Shown here one piece after another: positions 15,068-24,698 of a stretch of DNA of 64,000 nucleotides. The position numbers were made by a program, and so were the translations under genes. This DNA is from Alteromonadaceae bacterium (GTDB lineage Bacteria; Pseudomonadota; Gammaproteobacteria; Enterobacterales; Alteromonadaceae). The stretch covers positions 166,562 to 230,561 of the forward strand of contig CBDIHK010000024.1 of the NCBI GenBank assembly GCA_965279005.1, read 5' to 3'. Under the pieces are notes generated by a model. It had not been told where the DNA came from and ran no database searches. It was given only the letters and a program-made list of their open reading frames with translations. Each line of letters opens with the position of its first letter. Position 1 is the first letter of the stretch.

Positions 15068-15706
15068 TTAGCTGGTTTTGATGCTTTCGATAAACTCGGA
15101 AGATTGGCCTATGGCGCGGTTCATTTCGTCAATCAATGCCTGGATATCGCGTTTAATCTTGCCAAACTCACCCTGCAGTGCGCCAATCGCGCTGGCATTG
15201 AGGTTGTGTTTTAAATACAACACATTGTCGTTTAACGCAGTTAATACAGGCTGCATTTTATCAACGGAGCGGTTCATACTGGTTAGTAGGTTTTGGTATT
15301 TGCGCTGGGTGTCCTTGAGTTTGCGCTCACTATCACGGCGCAGGCTTTCATTGCTATACTGGGACAGTTCGTCTTGCCATTCATCAAATAACGCGTCAGC
15401 AACAGACTCGACTTTTGCCACCCGGCTTTCTAAGCGGTCAGCGCTATCTTTGCTGGCTTCATATTGGTCTTTGATGTTTTCGTAAGTGGCTTGTAAGTCA
15501 CCACCATCAAACTGGATAAGCGCTGTTAATTCCTCTAACGCTGATGCAAATTGTTGTTGGGCGTCGCTTTGTGCTTCGCTTACATCTTCTACCCGGTCAA
15601 CCAGGATTTCGCGCTTTTCAACACCAAGCTGTTCCCAAATCGAAAAATAAGTGCTTTGGCAGGCGCTAAGCACTAGCACCATGCACATGATGATAAAGGG
15701 ACGCAC
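15068..15706 (-). CDS. DUF2959-family lipoprotein
   Basis: 212 aa with a lipobox (VLSAC/Q) and a coiled-coil-rich body. Confidence 0.7.
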   Translation of the reverse strand: MRPFIIMCMVLVLSACQSTYFSIWEQLGVEKREILVDRVEDVSEAQSDAQQQFASALEELTALIQFDGGDLQATYENIKDQYEASKDSADRLESRVAKVESVADALFDEWQDELSQYSNESLRRDSERKLKDTQRKYQNLLTSMNRSVDKMQPVLTALNDNVLYLKHNLNASAIGALQGEFGKIKRDIQALIDEMNRAIGQSSEFIESIKTS

Positions 15707-15939
15707 TAGTCATCACCTTTATATTTGGCGGCATCAATAATGGCCCAGAGGTGGAAGATGGCGCCTACAAACCACATGAAAAATAGTATAACTGTGGCTG
15801 CTAAAGCATAGCTGACCGAACAAACTACAAAAAACATGAGCGCCATAATGATGCGACCTTGTACGAGTTGTCCTAAACCAGGAATAAAAATATTACATAT
15901 TGCGGCGATAACGTTACCGCCTGAACCTTGACCTGACAT
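15706..15939 (-). CDS. small two-TM membrane protein, unknown function
   Basis: 77 aa with a PGLGQLVQG motif. Its stop overlaps the downstream start by 1 nt. Confidence 0.5.
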   Translation of the reverse strand: MSGQGSGGNVIAAICNIFIPGLGQLVQGRIIMALMFFVVCSVSYALAATVILFFMWFVGAIFHLWAIIDAAKYKGDD

Positions 15940-16087
15940 TTGTGTTCTCCTTTAATTGCTCAATTGGATTTCTTTTTTGAGTTATAGCAACAACCTAATC
16001 TATCTTGCGCTGGGATACAATTACCAATAAGTTAAAGCGTGTAAGCTTTAGTCAGATAATGTGAAAAGTATTTCAGAAGGAGACAGC

Positions 16088-16525
16088 GTGATTGCACTTT
16101 TGCAGCGGGTAAAACAAGCCAATGTCACAGTAGGGGATGAGACTGTTGGTAGCATTGGTGCCGGGATCCTAGTGTTGCTTGGCGTGGAGGCGGACGACGA
16201 TGTGGCTAAGTGCGAGCGTTTGGCACAAAGGGTAGCTAACTATCGAATATTCCCGGATGCCGAGGGAAAAATGAACCTGAATGTGCAGCAAGCCTCAGGC
16301 GAAATTTTAGTGGTATCGCAATTTACCTTGCTGGCTGACACCAGGAAAGGCAACCGGCCTAGTTTTTCCAAGGCAGGCTCGCCCGCACTGGGCAAAGCCT
16401 TGTATGAGCATTTTATACAAGCGGTGGAACAGGAGGGGGTTAACTGTGCTAGTGGCCAGTTTGCCGCAGACATGCAAGTTGGCCTGGTCAATGATGGGCC
16501 GGTGACGTTTTGGTTGCAGCAATAA
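16088..16525 (+). CDS. dtd: D-aminoacyl-tRNA deacylase
   Basis: A GTG start at 16088 (AAGGAG 5 nt upstream) gives VIALLQRV, like Dtd MIALIQRV. Contains SQFTL and NDGPVT motifs. The track ORF begins at 16061. Confidence 0.93.
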   Translation: MIALLQRVKQANVTVGDETVGSIGAGILVLLGVEADDDVAKCERLAQRVANYRIFPDAEGKMNLNVQQASGEILVVSQFTLLADTRKGNRPSFSKAGSPALGKALYEHFIQAVEQEGVNCASGQFAADMQVGLVNDGPVTFWLQQ

Positions 16526-16552
16526 TGTTGCTGCTGACTAGAGCAACAGGCT

Positions 16553-17296
16553 CTATAGCAATTCAATGATACTGTTTAATTGCAGGCCATAGTGCTTGCA
16601 CATCCGCATTAGTTTTTGATCATACTCTACTTTGGACAACCCAGACTTGCTGGCCAATAGCACCTTGTTGCGAAACCCAGGTATGCCAAATAAGCGTGGG
16701 GGATTTTCGCTCAGGTCGGTTACGCACTTTATTACCCAGTCATTTTGGCTTTCCAAAGGGTGAATTAGGTTGGCAACTAAAATGCCATCTTCAGACAAAC
16801 AGCGAAAACAATCTCGGTAAAAATCGGGCTCTTGTAAAAAAACTGGGCTGGCATTGGCTGAAAAGAGATCCACAAACAGTATGTCCAGCCCCGCCAGCTG
16901 TTTTACAGCCAATCCAGCGTCTTGCTGCACAATGCTTGCTGGGAGTGTGCCAGGATTAAAATAAGTTTGGAAACAGGCAATGACTTCCGAAGACAGCTCA
17001 ATACTGGTAAATTGAAGCTTTGGAAAGTAATGCTGGAAAAACCTTTGCAACGCGCCTCCGCCTAGGCCAAGTTCAACTGCAGTGCTTGGCGACGGTCGGT
17101 AATACAGCGCCATTAACATAGCACTGAGGTGCGGCAGCACTAAATTATGTGGTTGTCGCACATCCATTACGGTCTGCAAGGTGTCATTAATCCTAAGCCA
17201 ACGATATTGGTTATTTTCTTCGACATATAGGGCCTGCCCCTGTAGTTTAGTCAAGTGCAACAGGTGCTGACCTTCTAGATTGTCTGGTTTAAACAT
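16553..17296 (-). CDS. spermidine synthase-like class I SAM-dependent methyltransferase
   Basis: 247 aa, with ELGLGGGAL (SAM motif I) and DILFVDLF. Confidence 0.7.
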   Translation of the reverse strand: MFKPDNLEGQHLLHLTKLQGQALYVEENNQYRWLRINDTLQTVMDVRQPHNLVLPHLSAMLMALYYRPSPSTAVELGLGGGALQRFFQHYFPKLQFTSIELSSEVIACFQTYFNPGTLPASIVQQDAGLAVKQLAGLDILFVDLFSANASPVFLQEPDFYRDCFRCLSEDGILVANLIHPLESQNDWVIKCVTDLSENPPRLFGIPGFRNKVLLASKSGLSKVEYDQKLMRMCKHYGLQLNSIIELL

Positions 17297-17354
17297 AATG
17301 TCTGTGCGGTTTTTAACATCGGTCTACCATAACCTGATTATAGGGAAAATGTGA

Positions 17355-18260
17355 ATGTATAGAGTTATGACTCCCAGTAGTGAAGCTGAGCTGGAAGCCT
17401 ATTTTAAATTCCGCTGGCAGGTTTTAAGGGAGCCATTTAAATTTCCCCCCGGTTCTGAGAAGGATGAATACGAAACCGTAGGGGAACACCGTATGGTTGT
17501 CGACGCCAGTGGTAATATCATTGCTGCCGGTAGGGTTCACTTGAATACAGAAGAAGAAGCGCAAATCCGGCACATTGCCGTTTCTAAAGAGAAGCGTAAC
17601 AAAGGCCTGGGTAGCTTGATCCTGGCGGCATTGGAAGACGAAGCCCGCAAGCAGGGGGCTTGCAGGGCTGTGACTAATAGCCTGGATGCGTCTGTGGGCT
17701 TCTTTAAAGCCGCCGGATACCAAGTGCAAAAGCAAACGGCTGAAGAGTTGGACAAGCAGAATCGCCAACAAATGGTGAAAAAACTAGATGAGCTCAATGC
17801 CACTTTGTTGCATCCAAAGTGGTGCCAACAGTTGCAATCCACATGGCATGAAACCATTCCTATTTCCGAACAGATGGGCATCAAGCTGTTCCAATACACT
17901 GGAAAAACGTTGGAAGCCAGGGCGTCGTTAAATAAAAACATTAACCTGCACGGCACTATGTTCGCTGGCAGCATCTTTTCCCTGGCAACTTTAACTGGCT
18001 GGGGCATGATATTCCTGCAATTAAAAGAGCGGGGTTTAGACGGTGAGATTGTCTTGGGAGATGGCAATATCCACTACCATAAACCCGTGACAGCCCAGCC
18101 CAGGGCACTGTGTCATATCGAGTCCCTTAGCGGTAAGTTTAGTTACGTGGAAAAACGCAAAAAATGCCGCTTAGATTTGCTAGTCGAAATTAAGGACGGC
18201 GATGTAGCGGTTGCAGAGTTTAAGGGCGTGTATTGGGTGTTGCCCATTCGCACAGACTAA
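17355..18260 (+). CDS. yiiD: GNAT acetyltransferase fused to a YiiD-type hotdog thioesterase domain
   Basis: 301 aa. GNAT motif QIRHIAVSKEKRNKGLGS followed by a C-terminal YiiD_C-like domain. Sits near dtd as in E. coli. Confidence 0.85.
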   Translation: MYRVMTPSSEAELEAYFKFRWQVLREPFKFPPGSEKDEYETVGEHRMVVDASGNIIAAGRVHLNTEEEAQIRHIAVSKEKRNKGLGSLILAALEDEARKQGACRAVTNSLDASVGFFKAAGYQVQKQTAEELDKQNRQQMVKKLDELNATLLHPKWCQQLQSTWHETIPISEQMGIKLFQYTGKTLEARASLNKNINLHGTMFAGSIFSLATLTGWGMIFLQLKERGLDGEIVLGDGNIHYHKPVTAQPRALCHIESLSGKFSYVEKRKKCRLDLLVEIKDGDVAVAEFKGVYWVLPIRTD

Positions 18261-18283
18261 TACCGATTCCATTAAGTATTTGA
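18261..18283 (+). repeat. solo copy of the MITE terminal repeat (ATACCGATTCCATTAAGTATTTG)
   Basis: A 23/23 match to the left end of the element at 45293. It starts 1 nt after the yiiD stop codon. Confidence 0.7.
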
Positions 18284-18292
18284 ACTACAATA

Positions 18293-18321
18293 AAAAAGCC
18301 GCTGGATTGCGGCTTTTTTTG
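18293..18321. terminator. bidirectional rho-independent terminator (yiiD / rpoH)
   Basis: aaaaaagccgc-tggatt-gcggcttttttt. Confidence 0.85.
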
Positions 18322-18350
18322 GTTTGCTTGAAGCATTGCAGTGAATGGTG

Positions 18351-19202
18351 CTAACCCATTGCAACCTGCAATTTTTTCATGGCATTTTTCTCTATTTGGC
18401 GAACTCGTTCAGCTGAAACACTATATTTGTCAGCCAAGTCCTGTAGCGTGGTTTTATCTTCGTTTAACCAGCGGGTGCGGACGATGTGTTGGCTGCGCTC
18501 ATCTAGTGTTTTCAATGCGGCATAGAGCCTGCGTGATGCGTTTTGATCCCAGTCAGCGTTGATCACGCTGGCCTCAACATCTTCGCTCTTGTCTTCCAAA
18601 TACTGGACTGGAGCAAAGCTGCCGGTCTCGTCATCGTCTGCAGACAGGTCAAACGCTTGGTCTTGGGAGCTCATACGGGCTTCCATTTGCAATACTTCTT
18701 TTGTGCTTACGCCCAGCTCTTTTGCCACGGTTTGAACTTCTTCGTGAGTGAACCAGCCTAAACGCTTCTTCGCTTTACGCAAGTTAAAGAACAGTTTGCG
18801 CTGCGCTTTAGTTGTGGCGACTTTAACAATTCGCCAGTTGCGCAATACATATTCATGGATCTCAGCTTTAATCCAATGCACTGCAAAGGACACTAGGCGC
18901 ACACCCATAGTTGGGTCGAAGCGCTTAACCGCTTTCATAAGGCCGATGTTACCTTCTTGGATCAGGTCAGCTTGTGGTAAACCGTATCCAGAATAAGACT
19001 TTGCAATATGTACCACGAAACGCAGGTGGGACATAATCAATTTACGGGCTGATTCAAGATCTTCCTGTTCTTGCAGACGTGTTGCTAAGGCACGCTCCTC
19101 TTCAGCGGCCAGCATGTCAATGCTGCTCACGTACTGAATATATGAATCCAAGCTGCCACTTTGAGGGATGCTCAGCGCCATGGATTGCATTTTTGTGCTC
19201 AT
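18351..19202 (-). CDS. rpoH: RNA polymerase sigma-32 (heat shock sigma factor)
   Basis: 283 aa, with the RpoH box [10 protein letters not shown] and conserved regions 2-4. Confidence 0.97.
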   Translation of the reverse strand: MSTKMQSMALSIPQSGSLDSYIQYVSSIDMLAAEEERALATRLQEQEDLESARKLIMSHLRFVVHIAKSYSGYGLPQADLIQEGNIGLMKAVKRFDPTMGVRLVSFAVHWIKAEIHEYVLRNWRIVKVATTKAQRKLFFNLRKAKKRLGWFTHEEVQTVAKELGVSTKEVLQMEARMSSQDQAFDLSADDDETGSFAPVQYLEDKSEDVEASVINADWDQNASRRLYAALKTLDERSQHIVRTRWLNEDKTTLQDLADKYSVSAERVRQIEKNAMKKLQVAMG

Positions 19203-19517
19203 CTATTACCTCGTTACTTTTTGCCGCAGGAATCCTACCATAGGAGACCGTCGATCGCTATATAGCATTCTACGTAAATTCTGACTTATTTGGTTTGCTA
19301 AAAATCAAATAAGTTCAATCTTAATTCGTAGAAGGGCTTTCCTTATTAATAGGAACTGGTAAAGTCTACTGCTATTTCGTGTCGATTGATTGGGTTTTCA
19401 AGAGTAAAGTGTAACAAAGTCGATAAGCGGCGGTTCAAAGAGTGCTTTACCTGGCTCGGCTAAACCCCCGTTTTTGGTGCTATCGCAGTTGGATTGTCCG
19501 AACGTTGAGGTTGTTGA

Positions 19518-20735
19518 ATGTTTGCATATGTTGCGCGTCAAGCGATTTTAGACAGGGATAAAAATGTCTTTGGCTATGAATTGCTATTCAGGGATGGCAA
19601 GCAAAATTGTTTCCCCAATATCGCGCCTGATGAAGCCACTTCCAAAATACTAGCCAGTAACCACCTTACCCTGGGCTTAGACGAAATTACTGGCGGCAAA
19701 ATCTCATTTATCAACTTCTACGAAGATACCCTGCTATACCGTTTCCCCACATCGCTCGACCCCATGGGGGTTGTTATTGAGATTGTCGAGACCGCACCTA
19801 TTAGCAACGCCTTGCTAGCAGCATGTAAACATATAAAGCAACTTGGCTATCGCTTGGCACTGGACGATCACGATTTTGATCCCAAGTGGGACGTGTTCCT
19901 ACCTTTTATTGATATCGTGAAAGTGGATATCCGTGAAAGTGACTATGACACCATTAAGCGCAATGTTCCCAAGTTCAAAGAAGCCAAAGTTAAGCTGATC
20001 GCAGAGAAGGTAGAGAATTACAAAGAGTTTGAGCAATACCACGAACTGGGATTCGATTATTACCAGGGTTATTTTTACGCCAAACCAGAAGTTATCAAAC
20101 AGAAAAACATCCCTTCTTCTAAACTGTCCTTGATTGAGCTAATAGGTGAAAGCTCAAAAATGGAAATGGACTTCAATAAGATTAACGGCATAATCGAACG
20201 CGACGTTGCGCTTTCTTACATGCTGCTGCGCTTTATCAATAATCCATTGGTCAACAAGCGCAACAAAATCACGTCACTTCGGCATGCCCTTAATTATATG
20301 GGGGAAGTGGAATTAAAAAAATTCATTGCCTTACTAGCCCTTGCCAATCTGGGTGATGAAAAACCCATGGAGCTTTTACAGGTTTCACTGGTACGGGCGA
20401 AATTCTGCGAATTGCTGGCCCAACACAGGCACGAATCTGAAAACCCGCCAAAAGGTTTCTTGGTGGGCCTGTTTTCTGCCATTGACGCCCTGCTTGACAG
20501 GAAAATGGAAGATATTGTTGGTAACCTGCCTTTGACCGAGGATCTCAAGCTAGCCTTGTGTGGCCAAAAGAACAACCTGCTGTTTTATTTAGAAATTGCC
20601 AAAACCTTCGAAACCGGCAACTGGCTGCGCACCCGCAAGCTAGCCAAAGCCATCAAAGTGGACCAAAAACTATTGCACGGTATCTACAACCAGGCACTAG
20701 TCTGGAGCAACGCCATGCGCCAAGCTGTGGGGTGA
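19518..20735 (+). CDS. EAL + HDOD two-domain protein
   Basis: 405 aa. The N-terminal EAL domain (YELLFR, DDHDF, VKVD, AEKVE, YQGYF) is followed by an HDOD-like C-terminal half. Confidence 0.88.
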   Translation: MFAYVARQAILDRDKNVFGYELLFRDGKQNCFPNIAPDEATSKILASNHLTLGLDEITGGKISFINFYEDTLLYRFPTSLDPMGVVIEIVETAPISNALLAACKHIKQLGYRLALDDHDFDPKWDVFLPFIDIVKVDIRESDYDTIKRNVPKFKEAKVKLIAEKVENYKEFEQYHELGFDYYQGYFYAKPEVIKQKNIPSSKLSLIELIGESSKMEMDFNKINGIIERDVALSYMLLRFINNPLVNKRNKITSLRHALNYMGEVELKKFIALLALANLGDEKPMELLQVSLVRAKFCELLAQHRHESENPPKGFLVGLFSAIDALLDRKMEDIVGNLPLTEDLKLALCGQKNNLLFYLEIAKTFETGNWLRTRKLAKAIKVDQKLLHGIYNQALVWSNAMRQAVG

Positions 20736-20744
20736 GGGAGGAAT

Positions 20745-21535
20745 CTTTAGGCGCGTAGCGCCGCCCGACCGAACGACTGGCCAACGGACGGCCAGGCCGG
20801 AAGCCCCTACCATGGATGGGTTAAACCTCGACCTTTAATATTTCACAATACCTGATTACATCAAGGAACTATTGGTTTCAGCGATGCTTTGCCAGGGGGG
20901 AACGCCAGACAAGTGGACGTCTGGCCGACTATTTTTTCTGGAACAAAATAGAACATCCGAAGGATGGCCCGAAGGGTGGAGGGCAGGAGCCCGGAATAAA
21001 GCCCTTACCAGGGAAGGTTTAAACCTCATTTCTTAATACTCCTTTGTATTTGATTACATCAAGGAATAGTTGATGTCCCCGTAGCGCCGCCCGACCGAAC
21101 GACTGGCCAATGGGTGAAGCGAGACTCTGTAGGTGCACCGCACCGCCTCGCTGAACGGCCTGCCAAGGGTGAACAACGAAACAGAAACAGCGAATACTTG
21201 GAGCTGTTTCCGTTGTGAACGGAAGGGCAAGGGACGCCCGACCTGGACTTTTTACAAAGGACAGGATGTCCGGCTAAAAAGGCGAGGCTGGGTGACGATC
21301 ATCAGGGATGTGTTTAAGACTTACTTTCTAGTGTTGCGACACTGAATCCTTTGACATTATTTGGCCGGGAGCCCTTACCAGGGAAGGTTTAAACCTCATT
21401 TCTTAATACTCCATTGCATTTGATTACATCAAGGAGTAGTTGATGTCCGCGTAGCGCCGCCCGACCGAAAGACTGGCCTATGGGTAAAACGAGGATCTTT
21501 AGGTGCACTGCACCGCCTCGCTGGACAACCTACAA
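20745..21535 (+). repeat. non-coding array of direct repeats (about 160-bp near-identical copies at 21001 and 21371, a diverged copy near 20797, and nested GC-rich boxes)
   Basis: gcccttaccagggaaggtttaaacctcatttcttaatactcc...gatgtcc(c/g)cgtagcgccgcccgaccgaa occurs twice, 370 bp apart. cgtagcgccgcccgaccgaacgactggcc occurs at about 20752, 21080 and 21450. Confidence 0.85.
20790..21350 (+). ncRNA. candidate Csr/Rsm-family (CsrA-sequestering) sRNA gene or genes; boundaries unknown
   Basis: I counted 29 GGA versus 8 TCC on the + strand across 20736-21605. Several hairpins carry GGA in the loop (ggaca-GGA-tgtcc, gggc-AGGA-gccc, acatcaa-GGAatag-ttgatgt). I found no clear promoter, GacA box or terminator. 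Confidence 0.25.
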
Positions 21536-21605
21536 ATGTTGCAAGAACAACCCAAAAACGATTTTGCCTAGGGCGTGCCTGGGGATGGCAAGCCACGGGG
21601 AGCAA

Positions 21606-22601
21606 CTATTGTGGCTCTATTTCATCCACATAGCGCTTTACCGAAATGGCCGAACCGATTAACCCCATCAGTACAGACATCAATAACATGGTATTGAGGG
21701 TGGCAAAATCCAGGCCTTGCAGCACAAATTCCTGGTTGTAAAGGGTGATAATGTCACCGATAGAATAGGACATCCACCAGAGCAGCAGGCCGACTGTGAT
21801 CCAGGACATAAAGCCACCTAAAACCCCGTACCACAAGCCCGTATACAAGAAAGGACGTTGGATAAACGCATCGGTAGCGCCAACCAGTTTCATGACCATG
21901 ATTTCATTGCGCTTGTTAAAGATATTCAAGCGGATGGTATTGCCCACGATTAAAATCACTGAAATAAACAGCAGAATCGCGATCATGCTGACCAGTTCAT
22001 TGGTAACTGACATCAAGGCGTGTAGGCGCTCCAACCACTCAATGTCGACTTTGCCAAATTCAATTTCCCGTTCTTGCTCCAGTTTTTGCAATAGGGTTTT
22101 GGCAGGCGCAGGTGAGCCATGCTTTTCAGTAGGGTAGACTAGCAAGACATCGGGTAGGGGATTTTCATCCAGATAGTCGATGGCACTGCCAAAACCTGAT
22201 TGCTGCTTAAATTCCTCAAGTGCTTGATCTGCCGGGATGTACTCTAGCGATTCGATTTCTGGCCAGGTGTTTAAACGCCGCACCAGCTGCTCGATATCAC
22301 CTTGGCCAGTGCCTTTTTTAATGAACACTGAGATTTCTGCGGCATCCTGTGTGCTGGCGCTGACACTATCCAAGTTTTTCACCAATACGTACAAGGTGCT
22401 AGGCAGGGTGATGCTGAGCCCCAATACTGCGATGGTCATCAAAGATGCCCACGGTGTGCGCAAGAGTTCGCCAAAGCTAGTAATGGCTTGCCTCACATGG
22501 CTGATAAACCACATGCTAATGCGTTGCTGCACGTTGATTTGGCTTTGTTGGGCGCCTGACTGACGGCTTTTAAACAATAGGCTCATATTTTGCCCTGCCA
22601 A
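21606..22601 (-). CDS. ftsX: cell division ABC transporter permease
   Basis: 331 aa with four TM segments, downstream of ftsE. An alternative start at 22586 forms an ATGA overlap with the ftsE stop. Confidence 0.93.
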   Translation of the reverse strand: MAGQNMSLLFKSRQSGAQQSQINVQQRISMWFISHVRQAITSFGELLRTPWASLMTIAVLGLSITLPSTLYVLVKNLDSVSASTQDAAEISVFIKKGTGQGDIEQLVRRLNTWPEIESLEYIPADQALEEFKQQSGFGSAIDYLDENPLPDVLLVYPTEKHGSPAPAKTLLQKLEQEREIEFGKVDIEWLERLHALMSVTNELVSMIAILLFISVILIVGNTIRLNIFNKRNEIMVMKLVGATDAFIQRPFLYTGLWYGVLGGFMSWITVGLLLWWMSYSIGDIITLYNQEFVLQGLDFATLNTMLLMSVLMGLIGSAISVKRYVDEIEPQ

Positions 22602-23269
22602 CTGTCGGCCAAGCCATCGTTAATCATTTGCCCGCCTTTGAGGGTGAGGGTGCGGTATTGCATGCGTGCTATTAGCCCCAGATCGTGGGTAGCAATAAAT
22701 ACAGCGGCGCCAGCCTGGTTAAAGTCTTCAAACAGCCTGATTATTTCTAGGGATAAAGCTGGGTCTAGGTTTCCGGTAGGCTCATCTGCCAATATGATTG
22801 GAGGGCGGTTGACTACGGCCCTGGCTATGCCAACCCGTTGTTGTTCACCGCCTGATAAGGTAGGCGGGAAGTTCCACTTTTTCTCCAATAAACCGACCCG
22901 ATCCAATGCGGCTTGTACCCGGGATTGGATTTGCTTGCGCGGGTAGCCTTCGATGACCAAAGGCAGCGCCACATTGTCAAATACGGTTTTATCCATCAGA
23001 AGCTGGTGGTTTTGGAAGATCATACCGATGTCACGGCGAATGTATGGCACATCACGGCGGCTAATCAGGCTCAGGTCATGTCCATTGATCAAGACTTTGC
23101 CCACGGTTGGCCGTTCCATAATACTGATCAGCTTTAACAGGGTACTTTTACCGGCGCCCGAATGCCCGGTCAGGAACACCATTTCACCAGGTGCAACATG
23201 GAAGTTGACCTTGGTCAGGGCCCGCTGCCCACCTGGATAGGTTTTACTGACGTCGACAAATTTGATCAT
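22583..23269 (-). CDS. ftsE: cell division ABC transporter ATP-binding protein
   Basis: 228 aa. Walker A GHSGAGKST, signature LSGGEQQRV, Walker B ILADEPTGNLD. Confidence 0.96.
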   Translation of the reverse strand: MIKFVDVSKTYPGGQRALTKVNFHVAPGEMVFLTGHSGAGKSTLLKLISIMERPTVGKVLINGHDLSLISRRDVPYIRRDIGMIFQNHQLLMDKTVFDNVALPLVIEGYPRKQIQSRVQAALDRVGLLEKKWNFPPTLSGGEQQRVGIARAVVNRPPIILADEPTGNLDPALSLEIIRLFEDFNQAGAAVFIATHDLGLIARMQYRTLTLKGGQMINDGLADSWQGKI

Positions 23270-23402
23270 GGGTCAAGGAGCCGTCCTTATTCGTACTCGG
23301 CTGAGCGGATTTTATTGTTTTTATCAAGAGCGAATAGGGTTGCTTCAGTCCCTGTCGCAAGCGATAAGTCCTGTGCAAATATCCTGTATCTTTGTATCAG
23401 AG

Positions 23403-24554
23403 TCAACTTTGCTGGCTAAACAAGGCCTCGACAAAATCCGGTGCGTAAAAAGCTTGCAAATCATCAATAGATTCACCGACTCCCACAAAGCGGATCGGTA
23501 CCTGGTATTGCTGGGCGAGAGGAAAAATAATGCCGCCTTTGGCCGTGCCATCTAATTTGGAAAGCGTGACGCCAGTCACCCCGACCGCCTGGTTGAATAG
23601 CTGCATTTGGCTCAACGCATTTTGGCCTGTGCCCGCATCTAAGGTCAGCATGATTTCATGCGGTGCATCGGGATCCAGCTTCTTCAGTACCCGCACCACT
23701 TTCTTCAGCTCTTCCATTAGGTGTTCTTTGTTTTGCAAGCGCCCGGCGGTATCGGCTATCAATACATCGACCCCCTTGGCTTTGGCCGACTGCAATGCAT
23801 CGAAAATCACTGAAGCACTGTCGGCACCGGTATGTTGTGCTACAACCGGGATCTGGTTGCGCTCGCCCCATACTTGCAGCTGCTCCACCGCCGCTGCCCG
23901 GAAAGTATCACCTGCGGCTAACATAACCTGCTTGCCTTGAGCCTGCAGCTGTTTGGCCATTTTTCCAATAGTTGTTGTCTTACCGACACCATTGACCCCC
24001 ACCATTAAAATAACAAATGGCGCATTGCTTTCCGGGATAGCTAGGGGTTGGCTGACTGGTTGTAATAACCCTGCTAGGTGGGCTTTTAGCAGCGGATATA
24101 GCTCGTCGGCATTTTTCAGTTGTCCGCGATCGGCCGCTTCGGTTAAACCTTCAATAATCTTAACTGTGGTATCCATACCCACATCGGCCATTAATAATTG
24201 GGTTTCAAGTTCCTCAAACAAGTCGTCATCGATTTTCTTGCCCATAAACAAATTGGCAATACCATCGCCAATGTTTGTACTGGTTTTCGACAAGCCGGCT
24301 TTTAAGCGTTGGAAAAAGGATACTTCTTCTTCAATTGCCTGTGCATCGTCTGCTTGAACAGCAGATCCTGCACTCGCTACTTGTTCTGTTACTGAACCGG
24401 GCTCTAGTACTTGCTTTTCAGTTGTATTTTCGGACACAGCGGCCTGTGAACCAGCCGGTTCATGTGACGGTTGCTCCTGCTGGCGCTGCTCATCTTGTTC
24501 GATGTCTTGCTGTTTTTTGTTATCTTTATTAAACCATCCAAAAAACTTTGACAT
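23403..24554 (-). CDS. ftsY: signal recognition particle receptor
   Basis: 383 aa. An acidic N-terminal region followed by an NG domain (GVNGVGKTTT, DTAGR, LSKLDGTAKGG). Confidence 0.96.
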   Translation of the reverse strand: MSKFFGWFNKDNKKQQDIEQDEQRQQEQPSHEPAGSQAAVSENTTEKQVLEPGSVTEQVASAGSAVQADDAQAIEEEVSFFQRLKAGLSKTSTNIGDGIANLFMGKKIDDDLFEELETQLLMADVGMDTTVKIIEGLTEAADRGQLKNADELYPLLKAHLAGLLQPVSQPLAIPESNAPFVILMVGVNGVGKTTTIGKMAKQLQAQGKQVMLAAGDTFRAAAVEQLQVWGERNQIPVVAQHTGADSASVIFDALQSAKAKGVDVLIADTAGRLQNKEHLMEELKKVVRVLKKLDPDAPHEIMLTLDAGTGQNALSQMQLFNQAVGVTGVTLSKLDGTAKGGIIFPLAQQYQVPIRFVGVGESIDDLQAFYAPDFVEALFSQQS

Positions 24555-24698
24555 GGGTGTGTCTTTCCTAACGTTGGCCCTTTGGTTTTCCTAACGATCC
24601 AGTAGCGAGGGCTAACCGAAAGGCAAAGGCGATAATTACTCAAAAGGCTATTGTAATGGCATTTTTATATTGGATAAACCGCGTAGGATATTATTGCC

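Noticed and set aside
19289-19316. A sigma-E type promoter for rpoH (minus strand GAACTT-N17-CCAAA).
   Set aside because: The -35 is good, but the -10 deviates from the TCAAA/TCTGA consensus and the spacing is 1 nt long. This is plausible by analogy with E. coli rpoH P3 but is not supportable from sequence alone.
20990-21040. A GacA/UvrY upstream activating box (TGTAAG-N6-CTTACA) for the putative Csr-like sRNA.
   Set aside because: Only a CTTACC half-site inside the imperfect palindrome CCTTACCAGGGAAGG is present. The partner half-site and a sensible distance to a -10 element are missing.
21133-21662. Track ORFs 21133..21345 (70 aa) and 21480..21662 (60 aa) in the repeat tract.
   Set aside because: They have non-ATG or unsupported starts and no Shine-Dalgarno. 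They run across repeat units and into ftsX on the opposite strand. The region is better explained as non-coding.
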